Part shown: positions 30,001 to 45,000 of the stretch, in pieces | Position numbering within the stretch: position 1 is the stretch's first letter | How the letters are laid out: every line of letters starts with the position of its first letter | Assembly: GCA_964016885.1 (NCBI GenBank) | Contig: OZ024742.1 | Coordinates: 376,278,001 to 376,342,000 of the forward strand | DNA: 64,000 nt | Source: Eledone cirrhosa | Taxonomy: Eukaryota | Direction: 5' to 3' | Made by a program: the position numbers and the translations under genes | The notes under the pieces: model-generated | What the model saw: the letters and a program-made list of their open reading frames with translations, nothing else | The model's database searches: none | Told to the model about the DNA's origin: nothing

Positions 30001-33000
30001 CTTCTCACCTTACAATAATATACCTAAAACCCCTAATTCTGTTCCTTCTCACCTTACAATAATATACCAGTAACCCCTAATTCTATACCTTCTCCCACTA
30101 CAATAATATACCTGTAACCCCTAATTCTGTTCCTTCTCACCCTACAATAATATACTTGTAACCCCTACTTCTGTACCTACTTCATCTACAATGATATACC
30201 TGTAACCCCTAATTTTGTACCTTCTCACCCTACAATAATATACCTGTAACCCCTAATTCTGTTCCTTCTTATCCTACAATAATATACCTGTAACCCCTAA
30301 CTCTGTACCTTCTCCCGCTACAATAATATACCTGTAACCCTTAATTCTGTACATTCTCCCACTACAATAATATACCTGTAACCCCTAATTCTGTTCGTTC
30401 TCACCTTACAATAATATACCTGTAACCCCTAATTCTGTACCTTCTTATCCTACTATAATATACCTGTAACCCCTAAGTCTGTACCTTCTCCCACTACAAA
30501 AATATACCTGTAACCCCTAATTCTGTACCTTCTTACCCTACAATAATATACCTGTAACCCCTAATTCTGTTCCTTCTCACCCTACATAATATACCTGTAA
30601 CCCCTAATTCTGTACCTCCTTGCTCTACAATAATATACCTGTAACCCCTAATTCTGTTCCTTCTCACCCTACAATAATATACCTGTAACCCCTAATTCTG
30701 TTCCTTCTTACTCTACAATAATATACCTGTAACCCCTAATTCTGTTCCTTCTCACCCTACAATAATATACCTGTAACCCCTAATTCTGTACCTTACTCTA
30801 CAATAATATACCTGTAACCCCTGATTCTGTACCTTCTCACCCTACAATAATATACCTGTAACCCCTAATTCTGTACCTTACTCTACAATAATATACCCGT
30901 AAGCCCTAATTCTGTACCTTCTCACCCTAAAATAATATACCTGTAACCCCTAATTCTGTACCTTCTCACCCTACATTAATATACCTGTAACCCCTAATTC
31001 TGTACCTTCTTACCCTACAATAATATACCTGTAACCCCTAATTCTGTAACTTCTTACTCTACAATAATATACCTGTAACCCCTAATTCTGTTCCTTCTCA
31101 CCCTACAATAATATACCTGTAACCCCTAATTCTGTTCCTTCTTACTCTACAATAATATACCTGTAACCCCTAATACTGTTCCTTCTCACCCTACAATAAT
31201 ATACCTGTAACCCCTAATTCTGTACCTTCTCACCCTACAATAATATACCTGTAACCCCTAATTCTGTACCTTACTCTACAATAATATACCTGTAACCCCT
31301 AATTCTGTACCTTCTCACCCTACAATAATATACCTGTAACCCCTAATTCTGTTCCTTCTCACCCTACAATAATATACCTGTAACCTCTAATTCTGTACCT
31401 TCTCACCCTACAATAATATACCTGTAACCCCTAATTCTGTACCTTCTCACCCTACAATAATATACCTGTAACCCCTAATTCTGTACCTTCTCACCCTACA
31501 ATAATATACCTGTAACCCCTAATTCTGTTCCTTCTCACCCTACAATAATATACCTGTAACCCCTAATTCTGTACCTTCTCACCCTACAATAATATACCTG
31601 TAACCCCTAATTCTGTTCCTTCTCACCCTACAATAATATACCTGTACCCCCTAATTCTGTCACTTCTTACTCTACAATAATATACCTGTAACCCCTAATT
31701 CTGTACCCTCTCACCAGACAATAATATACCTGTAACCCCTAATTCTGTACCTTCTCACCCTACAATAATATACCTGTAACCCCTAATTCTGTACCTTCTT
31801 ACTCTACAATAATATACCTGTAACCCCTAATTCTGTTCCTTCTCACCCTACAATAATATACCTGTAACCCCTAATTCTGTAACTTCTTACTCTACAATAA
31901 TATACCTGTAACCCCTAATTCTGTTCCTTCTCACCCTACAATAATATACCTGTAACCCCTAATTCTGTACCTTCTCCCACTACAATAATATACTTGTAAC
32001 CCCTAATTCTGTAACTACTTCCCCTACAATAACATACCTGTAACCCCTAATTCTGTACCTTACTCTACAATAATATACCTGTAACCCCTAATTCTGTACC
32101 TTATCCTACTATAATATACCTGTAACCCCTAAGTCTGTACCTTCTCCCGCTACAATAATATACCTGTAACCCCTAATTCTATAACTTCTCCCACTACAAT
32201 AATATACCTGTAACCCCTAATTCTGTTCCTTCTCACCCTACAATAATATACTTGTAACCCCTAATTCTGTACCTACTTCCCCTACAATAATATACCTGTA
32301 ACCCCTAATTTTGTACCTTCTTACCCTACAATAATATACCTGTAACCCCTAATTCTGTACCTTCTCACCCTACAATAATATACCTGTAACCCCTAATTCT
32401 GTTCCTTCTTACCCTACAATAATATACCTGTAACCCCTAACTCTGTACCTTCTCCCGCTACAATAATATACCTGTAACCCCTAATTCTGTACCTTCTCCC
32501 ACTACAATAATATACTTGTAACCCCTAATTCTGTAACTACTTCCCCTACAATAACATACCGGTAACCCCTAATTCTGTACCCTCTCACCTTACAGTAATA
32601 TACCTGTAACCCCTAATTCTGTGCCTTCTCACCTTACAATAATATACCTAAAACCCCTAATTCTGTTCCTTCTCACCTTACAATAATATACCAGTAACCC
32701 CTAATTCTATACCTTCTCCCACTACAATAATATACCTGTAACCCCTAATTCTGTTCCTTCTCACCCTACAATAATATACTTGTAACCCCTACTTCTGTAC
32801 CTACTTCATCTACAATGATATACCTGTAACCCCTAATTTTGTACCTTCTCACCCTACAATAATATACCTGTAACCCCTAATTCTGTTCCTTCTTATCCTA
32901 CAATAATATACCTGTAACCCCTAACTCTGTACCTTCTCCCGCTACAATAATATACCTGTAACCCTTAATTCTGTACATTCTCCCACTACAATAATATACC

Positions 33001-36000
33001 TGTAACCCCTAATTCTGTTCGTTCTCACCTTACAATAATATACCTGTAACCCCTAATTCTGTACCTTCTTATCCTACTATAATATACCTGTAACCCCTAA
33101 GTCTGTACCTTCTCCCGCTACAAAAATATACCTGTAACCCCTAATTCTGTACCTTCTTACCCTACAATAATATACCTGTAACCCCTAATTCTGTTCCTTC
33201 TCACCCTACAATAATATACCTGTAACCCCTAATTCTGTACCTTCTTGCTCTACAATAATATACCTGTAACCCCTAATTCTGTTCCTTCTCACCCTACAAT
33301 AATATACCTGTAACCCCTAATTCTGTTCCTTCTTACTCTACAATAATATACCTGTAACCCCTAATTCTGTTCCTTCTCACCCTACAATAATATACCTGTA
33401 ACCCCTAATTCTGTACCTTACTCTACAATAATATACCTGTAACCCCTAATTCTGTACCTTCTCACCCTACAATAATATACCTGTAACCCCTAATTCTGTA
33501 CCTTACTCTACAATAATATACCCGTAAGCCCTAATTCTGTACCTTTTCACCCTACCATAATATACCTGTAACCCCTAATTCTGTACCTTCTCACCCTAAA
33601 ATAATATACCTGTAACCCCTAATTCTGTACCTTCTCACCCTACATTAATATACCTGTAACCCCTAATTCTGTACCTTCTTACCCTACAATAATATACCTG
33701 TAACCCCTAATTCTGTAACTTCTTACTCTACAATAATATACCTGTAACCCCTAATTCTGTTCCTTCTCACCCTACAATAATATACCTGTAACCCCTAATT
33801 CTGTTCCTTCTTACTCTACAATAATATACCTGTAACCCCTAATACTGTTCCTTCTCACCCTACAATAATATACCTGTAACCCCTAATTCTGTACCTTCTC
33901 ACCCTACAATAATATACCTGTAACCCCTAATTCTGTACCTTACTCTACAATAATATACCTGTAACCCCTAATTCTGTACCTTCTCACCCTACAATAATAT
34001 ACCTGTAACCCCTAATTCTGTTCCTTCTCACCCTACAATAATATACCTGTAACCTCTAATTCTGTACCTTCTCACCTTACAATAATATACCTGTAACCCC
34101 TAATTCTGTACCTTCTCACCCTACAATAATATACCTGTAACCCCTAATTCTGTACCTTCTCACCCTACAATAATATACCTGTAACCCCTAATTCTGTTCC
34201 TTCTCACCCTACAATAATATACCTGTAACCCCTAATTCTGTACCTTCTCACCCTACAATAATATACCTGTAACCCCTAATTCTGTTCCTTCTCACCCTAC
34301 AATAATATACCTGTACCCCCTAATTCTGTCACTTCTTACTCTACAATAATATACCTGTAACCCCTAATTCTGTACCCTCTCACCATACAATAATATACCT
34401 GTAACCCCTAATTTTGTACCTTCTTACCCTACAATAATATACCTGTAACCCCTAATTCTGTACCTTCTCACCCTACAATAATATACCTGTAACCCCTAAT
34501 TCTGTTCCTTCTTACCCTACAATAATATACCTGTAACCCCTAACTCTGTACCTTCTCCCGCTACAATAATATACCTGTAACCCCTAATTCTGTACCTTCT
34601 CCCACTACAATAATATACTTGTAACCCTTAATTCTGTACCTACTTCCCCTACAATAACATACCGGTAACCCCTAATTCTGTACCCTCTCACCTTACAGTA
34701 ATATACCTGTAACCCCTAATTCTGTGCCTTCTCACCTTACAATAATATACCTAAAACCCCTAATTCTGTTCCTTCTCACCTTACAATAATATACCAGTAA
34801 CCCCTAATTCTATACCTTCTCCCACTACAATAATATACCTGTAACCCCTAATTCTGTTCCTTCTCACCCTACAATAATATACTTGTAACCCCTACTTCTG
34901 TACCTACTTCATCTACAATGATATACCTGTAACCCCTAATTTTGTACCTTCTCACCCTACAATAATATACCTGTAACCCCTAATTCTGTTCCTTCTTATC
35001 CTACAATAATATACCTGTAACCCCTAACTCTGTACCTTCTCCCGCTACAATAATATACCTGTAACCCTTAATTCTGTACATTCTCCCACTACAATAATAT
35101 ACCTGTAACCCCTAATTCTGTTCGTTCTCACCTTACAATAATATACCTGTAACCCCTAATTCTGTACCTTCTTATCCTACTATAATATACCTGTAACCCC
35201 TAAGTCTGTACCTTCTCCCACTACAAAAATATACCTGTAACCCCTAATTCTGTACCTTCTTACCCTACAATAATATACCTGTAACCCCTAATTCTGTTCC
35301 TTCTCACCCTACATAATATACCTGTAACCCCTAATTCTGTACCTCCTTGCTCTACAATAATATACCTGTAACCCCTAATTCTGTTCCTTCTCACCCTACA
35401 ATAATATACCTGTAACCCCTAATTCTGTTCCTTCTTACTCTACAATAATATACCTGTAACCCCTAATTCTGTTCCTTCTCACCCTACAATAATATACCTG
35501 TAACCCCTAATTCTGTACCTTACTCTACAATAATATACCTGTAACCCCTGATTCTGTACCTTCTCACCCTACAATAATATACCTGTAACCCCTAATTCTG
35601 TACCTTACTCTACAATAATATACCCGTAAGCCCTAATTCTGTACCTTCTCACCCTAAAATAATATACCTGTAACCCCTAATTCTGTACCTTCTCACCCTA
35701 CATTAATATACCTGTAACCCCTAATTCTGTACCTTCTTACCCTACAATAATATACCTGTAACCCCTAATTCTGTAACTTCTTACTCTACAATAATATACC
35801 TGTAACCCCTAATTCTGTTCCTTCTCACCCTACAATAATATACCTGTAACCCCTAATTCTGTTCCTTCTTACTCTACAATAATATACCTGTAACCCCTAA
35901 TACTGTTCCTTCTCACCCTACAATAATATACCTGTAACCCCTAATTCTGTACCTTCTCACCCTACAATAATATACCTGTAACCCCTAATTCTGTACCTTA

Positions 36001-39000
36001 CTCTACAATAATATACCTGTAACCCCTAATTCTGTACCTTCTCACCCTACAATAATATACCTGTAACCCCTAATTCTGTTCCTTCTCACCCTACAATAAT
36101 ATACCTGTAACCTCTAATTCTGTACCTTCTCACCCTACAATAATATACCTGTAACCCCTAATTCTGTACCTTCTCACCCTACAATAATATACCTGTAACC
36201 CCTAATTCTGTACCTTCTCACCCTACAATAATATACCTGTAACCCCTAATTCTGTTCCTTCTCACCCTACAATAATATACCTGTAACCCCTAATTCTGTA
36301 CCTTCTCACCCTACAATAATATACCTGTAACCCCTAATTCTGTTCCTTCTCACCCTACAATAATATACCTGTACCCCCTAATTCTGTCACTTCTTACTCT
36401 ACAATAATATACCTGTAACCCCTAATTCTGTACCCTCTCACCAGACAATAATATACCTGTAACCCCTAATTCTGTACCTTCTCACCCTACAATAATATAC
36501 CTGTAACCCCTAATTCTGTACCTTCTTACTCTACAATAATATACCTGTAACCCCTAATTCTGTTCCTTCTCACCCTACAATAATATACCTGTAACCCCTA
36601 ATTCTGTAACTTCTTACTCTACAATAATATACCTGTAACCCCTAATTCTGTTCCTTCTCACCCTACAATAATATACCTGTAACCCCTATTTCTGTACCTT
36701 CTCCCACTACAATAATATACTTGTAACCCCTAATTCTGTAACTACTTCCCCTACAATAACATACCTGTAACCCCTAATTCTGTACCTTACTCTACAATAA
36801 TATACCTGTAACCCCTAATTCTGTACCTTATCCTACTATAATATACCTGTAACCCCTAAGTCTGTACCTTCTCCCGCTACAATAATATACCTGTAACCCC
36901 TAATTCTATAACTTCTCCCACTACAATAATATACCTGTAACCCCTAATTCTGTTCCTTCTCACCCTACAATAATATACTTGTAACCCCTAATTCTGTACC
37001 TACTTCCCCTACAATAATATACCTGTAACCCCTAATTTTGTACCTTCTTACCCTACAATAATATACCTGTAACCCCTAATTCTGTACCTTCTCACCCTAC
37101 AATAATATACCTGTAACCCCTAATTCTGTTCCTTCTTACCCTACAATAATATACCTGTAACCCCTAACTCTGTACCTTCTCCCGCTACAATAATATACCT
37201 GTAACCCCTAATTCTGTACCTTCTCCCACTACAATAATATACTTGTAACCCCTAATTCTGTAACTACTTCCCCTACAATAACATACCGGTAACCCCTAAT
37301 TCTGTACCCTCTCACCTTACAGTAATATACCTGTAACCCCTAATTCTGTGCCTTCTCACCTTACAATAATATACCTAAAACCCCTAATTCTGTTCCTTCT
37401 CACCTTACAATAATATACCAGTAACCCCTAATTCTATACCTTCTACCACTACAATAATATACCTGTAACCCCTAATTCTGTTCCTTCTCACCCTACAATA
37501 ATATACTTGTAACCCCTACTTCTGTACCTACTTCATCTACAATGATATACCTGTAACCCCTAATTTTGTACCTTCTCACCCTACAATAATATACCTGTAA
37601 CCCCTAATTCTGTTCCTTCTTATCCTACAATAATATACCTGTAACCCCTAACTCTGTACCTTCTCCCGCTACAATAATATACCTGTAACCCTTAATTCTG
37701 TACATTCTCCCACTACAATAATATACCTGTAACCCCTAATTCTGTTCGTTCTCACCTTACAATAATATACCTGTAACCCCTAATTCTGTACCTTCTTATC
37801 CTACTATAATATACCTGTAACCCCTAAGTCTGTACCTTCTCCCGCTACAAAAATATACCTGTAACCCCTAATTCTGTACCTTCTTACCCTACAATAATAT
37901 ACCTGTAACCCCTAATTCTGTTCCTTCTCACCCTACAATAATATACCTGTAACCCCTAATTCTGTACCTTCTTGCTCTACAATAATATACCTGTAACCCC
38001 TAATTCTGTTCCTTCTCACCCTACAATAATATACCTGTAACCCCTAATTCTGTTCCTTCTTACTCTACAATAATATACCTGTAACCCCTAATTCTGTTCC
38101 TTCTCACCCTACAATAATATACCTGTAACCCCTAATTCTGTACCTTACTCTACAATAATATACCTGTAACCCCTAATTCTGTACCTTCTCACCCTACAAT
38201 AATATACCTGTAACCCCTAATTCTGTACCTTACTCTACAATAATATACCCGTAAGCCCTAATTCTGTACCTTCTCACCCTACCATAATATACCTGTAACC
38301 CCTAATTCTGTACCTTCTCACCCTAAAATAATATACCTGTAACCCCTAATTCTGTACCTTCTCACCCTACATTAATATACCTGTAACCCCTAATTCTGTA
38401 CCTTCTTACCCTACAATAATATACCTGTAACCCCTAATTCTGTAACTTCTTACTCTACAATAATATACCTGTAACCCCTAATTCTGTTCCTTCTCACCCT
38501 ACAATAATATACCTGTAACCCCTAATACTGTTCCTTCTTACTCTACAATAATATACCTGTAACCCCTAATACTGTTCCTTCTCACCCTACAATAATATAC
38601 CTGTAACCCCTAATTCTGTACCTTCTCACCCTACAATAATATACCTGTAACCCCTAATTCTGTACCTTACTCTACAATAATATACCTGTAACCCCTAATT
38701 CTGTACCTTCTCACCCTACAATAATATACCTGTAACCCCTAATTCTGTTCCTTCTCACCCTACAATAATATACCTGTAACCTCTAATTCTGTACCTTCTC
38801 ACCTTACAATAATATACCTGTAACCCCTAATTCTGTACCTTCTCACCCTACAATAATATACCTGTAACCCCTAATTCTGTACCTTCTCACCCTACAATAA
38901 TATACCTGTAACCCCTAATTCTGTTCCTTCTCACCCTACAATAATATACCTGTAACCCCTAATTCTGTACCTTCTCACCCTACAATAATATACCTGTAAC

Positions 39001-42000
39001 CCCTAATTCTGTTCCTTCTCACCCTACAATAATATACCTGTACCCCCTAATTCTGTCACTTCTTACTCTACAATAATATACCTGTAACCCCTAATTCTGT
39101 ACCCTCTCACCATACAATAATATACCTGTAACCCCTAATTTTGTACCTTCTTACCCTACAATAATATACCTGTAACCCCTAATTCTGTACCTTCTCACCC
39201 TACAATAATATACCTGTAACCCCTAATTCTGTTCCTTCTTACCCTACAATAATATACCTGTAACCCCTAACTCTGTACCTCCTCCCGCTACAATAATATA
39301 CCTGTAACCCCTAATTCTGTACCTTCTCCCACTACAATAATATACTTGTAACCCCTAATTCTGTATCTACTTCCCCTACAATAACATACCGGTAACCCCT
39401 AATTCTGTACCCTCTCACCTTACAGTAATATACCTGTAACCCCTAATTCTGTGCCTTCTCACCTTACAATAATATACCTAAAACCCCTAATTCTGTTCCT
39501 TCTCACCTTACAATAATATACCAGTAACCCCTAATTCTATACCTTCTCCCACTACAATAATATACCTGTAACCCCTAATTCTGTTCCTTCTCACCCTACA
39601 ATAATATACTTGTAACCCCTACTTCTGTACCTACTTCATCTACAATGATATACCTGTAACCCCTAATTTTGTACCTTCTCACCCTACAATAATATACCTG
39701 TAACCCCTAATTCTGTTCCTTCTTATCTTACAATAATATACCTGTAACCCCTAACTCTGTACCTTCTCCCGCTACAATAATATACCTGTAACCCTTAATT
39801 CTGTACATTCTCCCACTACAATAATATACCTGTAACCCCTAATTCTGTTCGTTCTCACCTTACAATAATATACCTGTAACCCCTAATTCTGTACCTTCTT
39901 ATCCTACTATAATATACCTGTAACCCCTAAGTCTGTACCTTCTCCCGCTACAAAAATATACCTGTAACCCCTAATTCTGTACCTTCTTACCCTACAATAA
40001 TATACCTGTAACCCCTAATTCTGTTCCTTCTCACCCTACATAATATACCTGTAACCCCTAATTCTGTACCTCCTTGCTCTACAATAATATACCTGTAACC
40101 CCTAATTCTGTTCCTTCTCACCCTACAATAATATACCTGTAACCCCTAATTCTGTTCCTTCTTACTCTACAATAATATACCTGTAACCCCTAATTCTGTT
40201 CCTTCTCACCCTACAATAATATACCTGTAACCCCTAATTCTGTACCTTACTCTACAATAATATACCTGTAACCCCTGATTCTGTACCTTCTCACCCTACA
40301 ATAATATACCTGTAACCCCTAATTCTGTACCTTACTCTACAATAATATACCCGTAAGCCCTAATTCTGTACCTTCTCACCCTAAAATAATATACCTGTAA
40401 CCCCTAATTCTGTACCTTCTCACCCTACATTAATATACCTGTAACCCCTAATTCTGTACCTTCTTACCCTACAATAATATACCTGTAACCCCTAATTCTG
40501 TAACTTCTTACTCTACAATAATATACCTGTAACCCCTAATTCTGTTCCTTCTCACCCTACAATAATATACCTGTAACCCCTAATTCTGTTCCTTCTTACT
40601 CTACAATAATATACCTGTAACCCCTAATACTGTTCCTTCTCACCCTACAATAATATACCTGTAACCCCTAATTCTGTACCTTCTCACCCTACAATAATAT
40701 ACCTGTAACCCCTAATTCTGTACCTTACTCTACAATAATATACCTGTAACCCCTAATTCTGTACCTTCTCACCCTACAATAATATACCTGTAACCCCTAA
40801 TTCTGTTCCTTCTCACCCTACAATAATATACCTGTAACCTCTAATTCTGTACCTTCTCACCCTACAATAATATACCTGTAACCCCTAATTCTGTACCTTC
40901 TCACCCTACAATAATATACCTGTAACCCCTAATTCTGTTCCTTCTCACCCTACAATAATATACCTGTAACCCCTAATTCTGTTCCTTCTTACTCTACAAT
41001 AATATACCTGTAACCCCTAATTCTGTTCCTTCTCACCCTACAATAATATACCTGTAACCCCTAATTCTGTACCTTACTCTACAATAATATACCTGTAACC
41101 CCTGATTCTGTACCTTCTCACCCTACAATAATATACCTGTAACCCCTAATTCTGTACCTTACTCTACAATAATATACCCGTAAGCCCTAATTCTGTACCT
41201 TCTCACCCTAAAATAATATACCTGTAACCCCTAATTCTGTACCTTCTCACCCTACATTAATATACCTGTAACCCCTAATTCTGTACCTTCTTACCCTACA
41301 ATAATATACCTGTAACCCCTAATTCTGTAACTTCTTACTCTACAATAATATACCTGTAACCCCTAATTCTGTTCCTTCTCACCCTACAATAATATACCTG
41401 TAACCCCTAATTCTGTTCCTTCTTACTCTACAATAATATACCTGTAACCCCTAATACTGTTCCTTCTCACCCTACAATAATATACCTGTAACCCCTAATT
41501 CTGTACCTTCTCACCCTACAATAATATACCTGTAACCCCTAATTCTGTACCTTACTCTACAATAATATACCTGTAACCCCTAATTCTGTACCTTCTCACC
41601 CTACAATAATATACCTGTAACCCCTAATTCTGTTCCTTCTCACCCTACAATAATATACCTGTAACCTCTAATTCTGTACCTTCTCACCCTACAATAATAT
41701 ACCTGTAACCCCTAATTCTGTACCTTCTCACCCTACAATAATATACCTGTAACCCCTAATTCTGTACCTTCTCACCCTACAATAATATACCTGTAACCCC
41801 TAATTCTGTTCCTTCTCACCCTACAATAATATACCTGTAACCCCTAATTCTGTACCTTCTCACCCTACAATAATATACCTGTAACCCCTAATTCTGTTCC
41901 TTCTCACCCTACAATAATATACCTGTACCCCCTAATTCTGTCACTTCTTACTCTACAATAATATACCTGTAACCCCTAATTCTGTACCCTCTCACCAGAC

Positions 42001-45000
42001 AATAATATACCTGTAACCCCTAATTCTGTACCTTCTCACCCTACAATAATATACCTGTAACCCCTAATTCTGTACCTTCTTACTCTACAATAATATACCT
42101 GTAACCCCTAATTCTGTTCCTTCTCACCCTACAATAATATACCTGTAACCCCTAATTCTGTAACTTCTTACTCTACAATAATATACCTGTAACCCCTAAT
42201 TCTGTTCCTTCTCACCCTACAATAATATACCTGTAACCCCTATTTCTGTACCTTCTCCCACTACAATAATATACTTGTAACCCCTAATTCTGTAACTACT
42301 TCCCCTACAATAACATACCTGTAACCCCTAATTCTGTACCTTACTCTACAATAATATACCTGTAACCCCTAATTCTGTACCTTATCCTACTATAATATAC
42401 CTGTAACCCCTAAGTCTGTACCTTCTCCCGCTACAATAATATACCTGTAACCCCTAATTCTATAACTTCTCCCACTACAATAATATACCTGTAACCCCTA
42501 ATTCTGTTCCTTCTCACCCTACAATAATATACTTGTAACCCCTAATTCTGTACCTACTTCCCCTACAATAATATACCTGTAACCCCTAATTTTGTACCTT
42601 CTTACCCTACAATAATATACCTGTAACCCCTAATTCTGTACCTTCTCACCCTACAATAATATACCTGTAACCCCTAATTCTGTTCCTTCTTACCCTACAA
42701 TAATATACCTGTAACCCCTAACTCTGTACCTTCTCCCGCTACAATAATATACCTGTAACCCCTAATTCTGTACCTTCTCCCACTACAATAATATACTTGT
42801 AACCCCTAATTCTGTAACTACTTCCCCTACAATAACATACCGGTAACCCCTAATTCTGTACCCTCTCACCTTACAGTAATATACCTGTAACCCCTAATTC
42901 TGTGCCTTCTCACCTTACAATAATATACCTAAAACCCCTAATTCTGTTCCTTCTCACCTTACAATAATATACCAGTAACCCCTAATTCTATACCTTCTAC
43001 CACTACAATAATATACCTGTAACCCCTAATTCTGTTCCTTCTCACCCTACAATAATATACTTGTAACCCCTACTTCTGTACCTACTTCATCTACAATGAT
43101 ATACCTGTAACCCCTAATTTTGTACCTTCTCACCCTACAATAATATACCTGTAACCCCTAATTCTGTTCCTTCTTATCCTACAATAATATACCTGTAACC
43201 CCTAACTCTGTACCTTCTCCCGCTACAATAATATACCTGTAACCCTTAATTCTGTACATTCTCCCACTACAATAATATACCTGTAACCCCTAATTCTGTT
43301 CGTTCTCACCTTACAATAATATACCTGTAACCCCTAATTCTGTACCTTCTTATCCTACTATAATATACCTGTAACCCCTAAGTCTGTACCTTCTCCCGCT
43401 ACAAAAATATACCTGTAACCCCTAATTCTGTACCTTCTTACCCTACAATAATATACCTGTAACCCCTAATTCTGTTCCTTCTCACCCTACAATAATATAC
43501 CTGTAACCCCTAATTCTGTACCTTCTTGCTCTACAATAATATACCTGTAACCCCTAATTCTGTTCCTTCTCACCCTACAATAATATACCTGTAACCCCTA
43601 ATTCTGTTCCTTCTTACTCTACAATAATATACCTGTAACCCCTAATTCTGTTCCTTCTCACCCTACAATAATATACCTGTAACCCCTAATTCTGTACCTT
43701 ACTCTACAATAATATACCTGTAACCCCTAATTCTGTACCTTCTCACCCTACAATAATATACCTGTAACCCCTAATTCTGTACCTTACTCTACAATAATAT
43801 ACCCGTAAGCCCTAATTCTGTACCTTCTCACCCTACCATAATATACCTGTAACCCCTAATTCTGTACCTTCTCACCCTAAAATAATATACCTGTAACCCC
43901 TAATTCTGTACCTTCTCACCCTACATTAATATACCTGTAACCCCTAATTCTGTACCTTCTTACCCTACAATAATATACCTGTAACCCCTAATTCTGTAAC
44001 TTCTTACTCTACAATAATATACCTGTAACCCCTAATTCTGTTCCTTCTCACCCTACAATAATATACCTGTAACCCCTAATACTGTTCCTTCTTACTCTAC
44101 AATAATATACCTGTAACCCCTAATACTGTTCCTTCTCACCCTACAATAATATACCTGTAACCCCTAATTCTGTACCTTCTCACCCTACAATAATATACCT
44201 GTAACCCCTAATTCTGTACCTTACTCTACAATAATATACCTGTAACCCCTAATTCTGTACCTTCTCACCCTACAATAATATACCTGTAACCCCTAATTCT
44301 GTTCCTTCTCACCCTACAATAATATACCTGTAACCTCTAATTCTGTACCTTCTCACCTTACAATAATATACCTGTAACCCCTAATTCTGTACCTTCTCAC
44401 CCTACAATAATATACCTGTAACCCCTAATTCTGTACCTTCTCACCCTACAATAATATACCTGTAACCCCTAATTCTGTTCCTTCTCACCCTACAATAATA
44501 TACCTGTAACCCCTAATTCTGTACCTTCTCACCCTACAATAATATACCTGTAACCCCTAATTCTGTTCCTTCTCACCCTACAATAATATACCTGTACCCC
44601 CTAATTCTGTCACTTCTTACTCTACAATAATATACCTGTAACCCCTAATTCTGTACCCTCTCACCATACAATAATATACCTGTAACCCCTAATTTTGTAC
44701 CTTCTTACCCTACAATAATATACCTGTAACCCCTAATTCTGTACCTTCTCACCCTACAATAATATACCTGTAACCCCTAATTCTGTTCCTTCTTACCCTA
44801 CAATAATATACCTGTAACCCCTAACTCTGTACCTCCTCCCGCTACAATAATATACCTGTAACCCCTAATTCTGTACCTTCTCCCACTACAATAATATACT
44901 TGTAACCCCTAATTCTGTATCTACTTCCCCTACAATAACATACCGGTAACCCCTAATTCTGTACCCTCTCACCTTACAGTAATATACCTGTAACCCCTAA

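Noticed and set aside
890-44980. Canonical recursive splice sites (AG|GT) in the satellite
   Set aside because: The variants read CAG|TAAT, so splicing at the AG would not regenerate a GT donor. They are kept only as latent acceptors.
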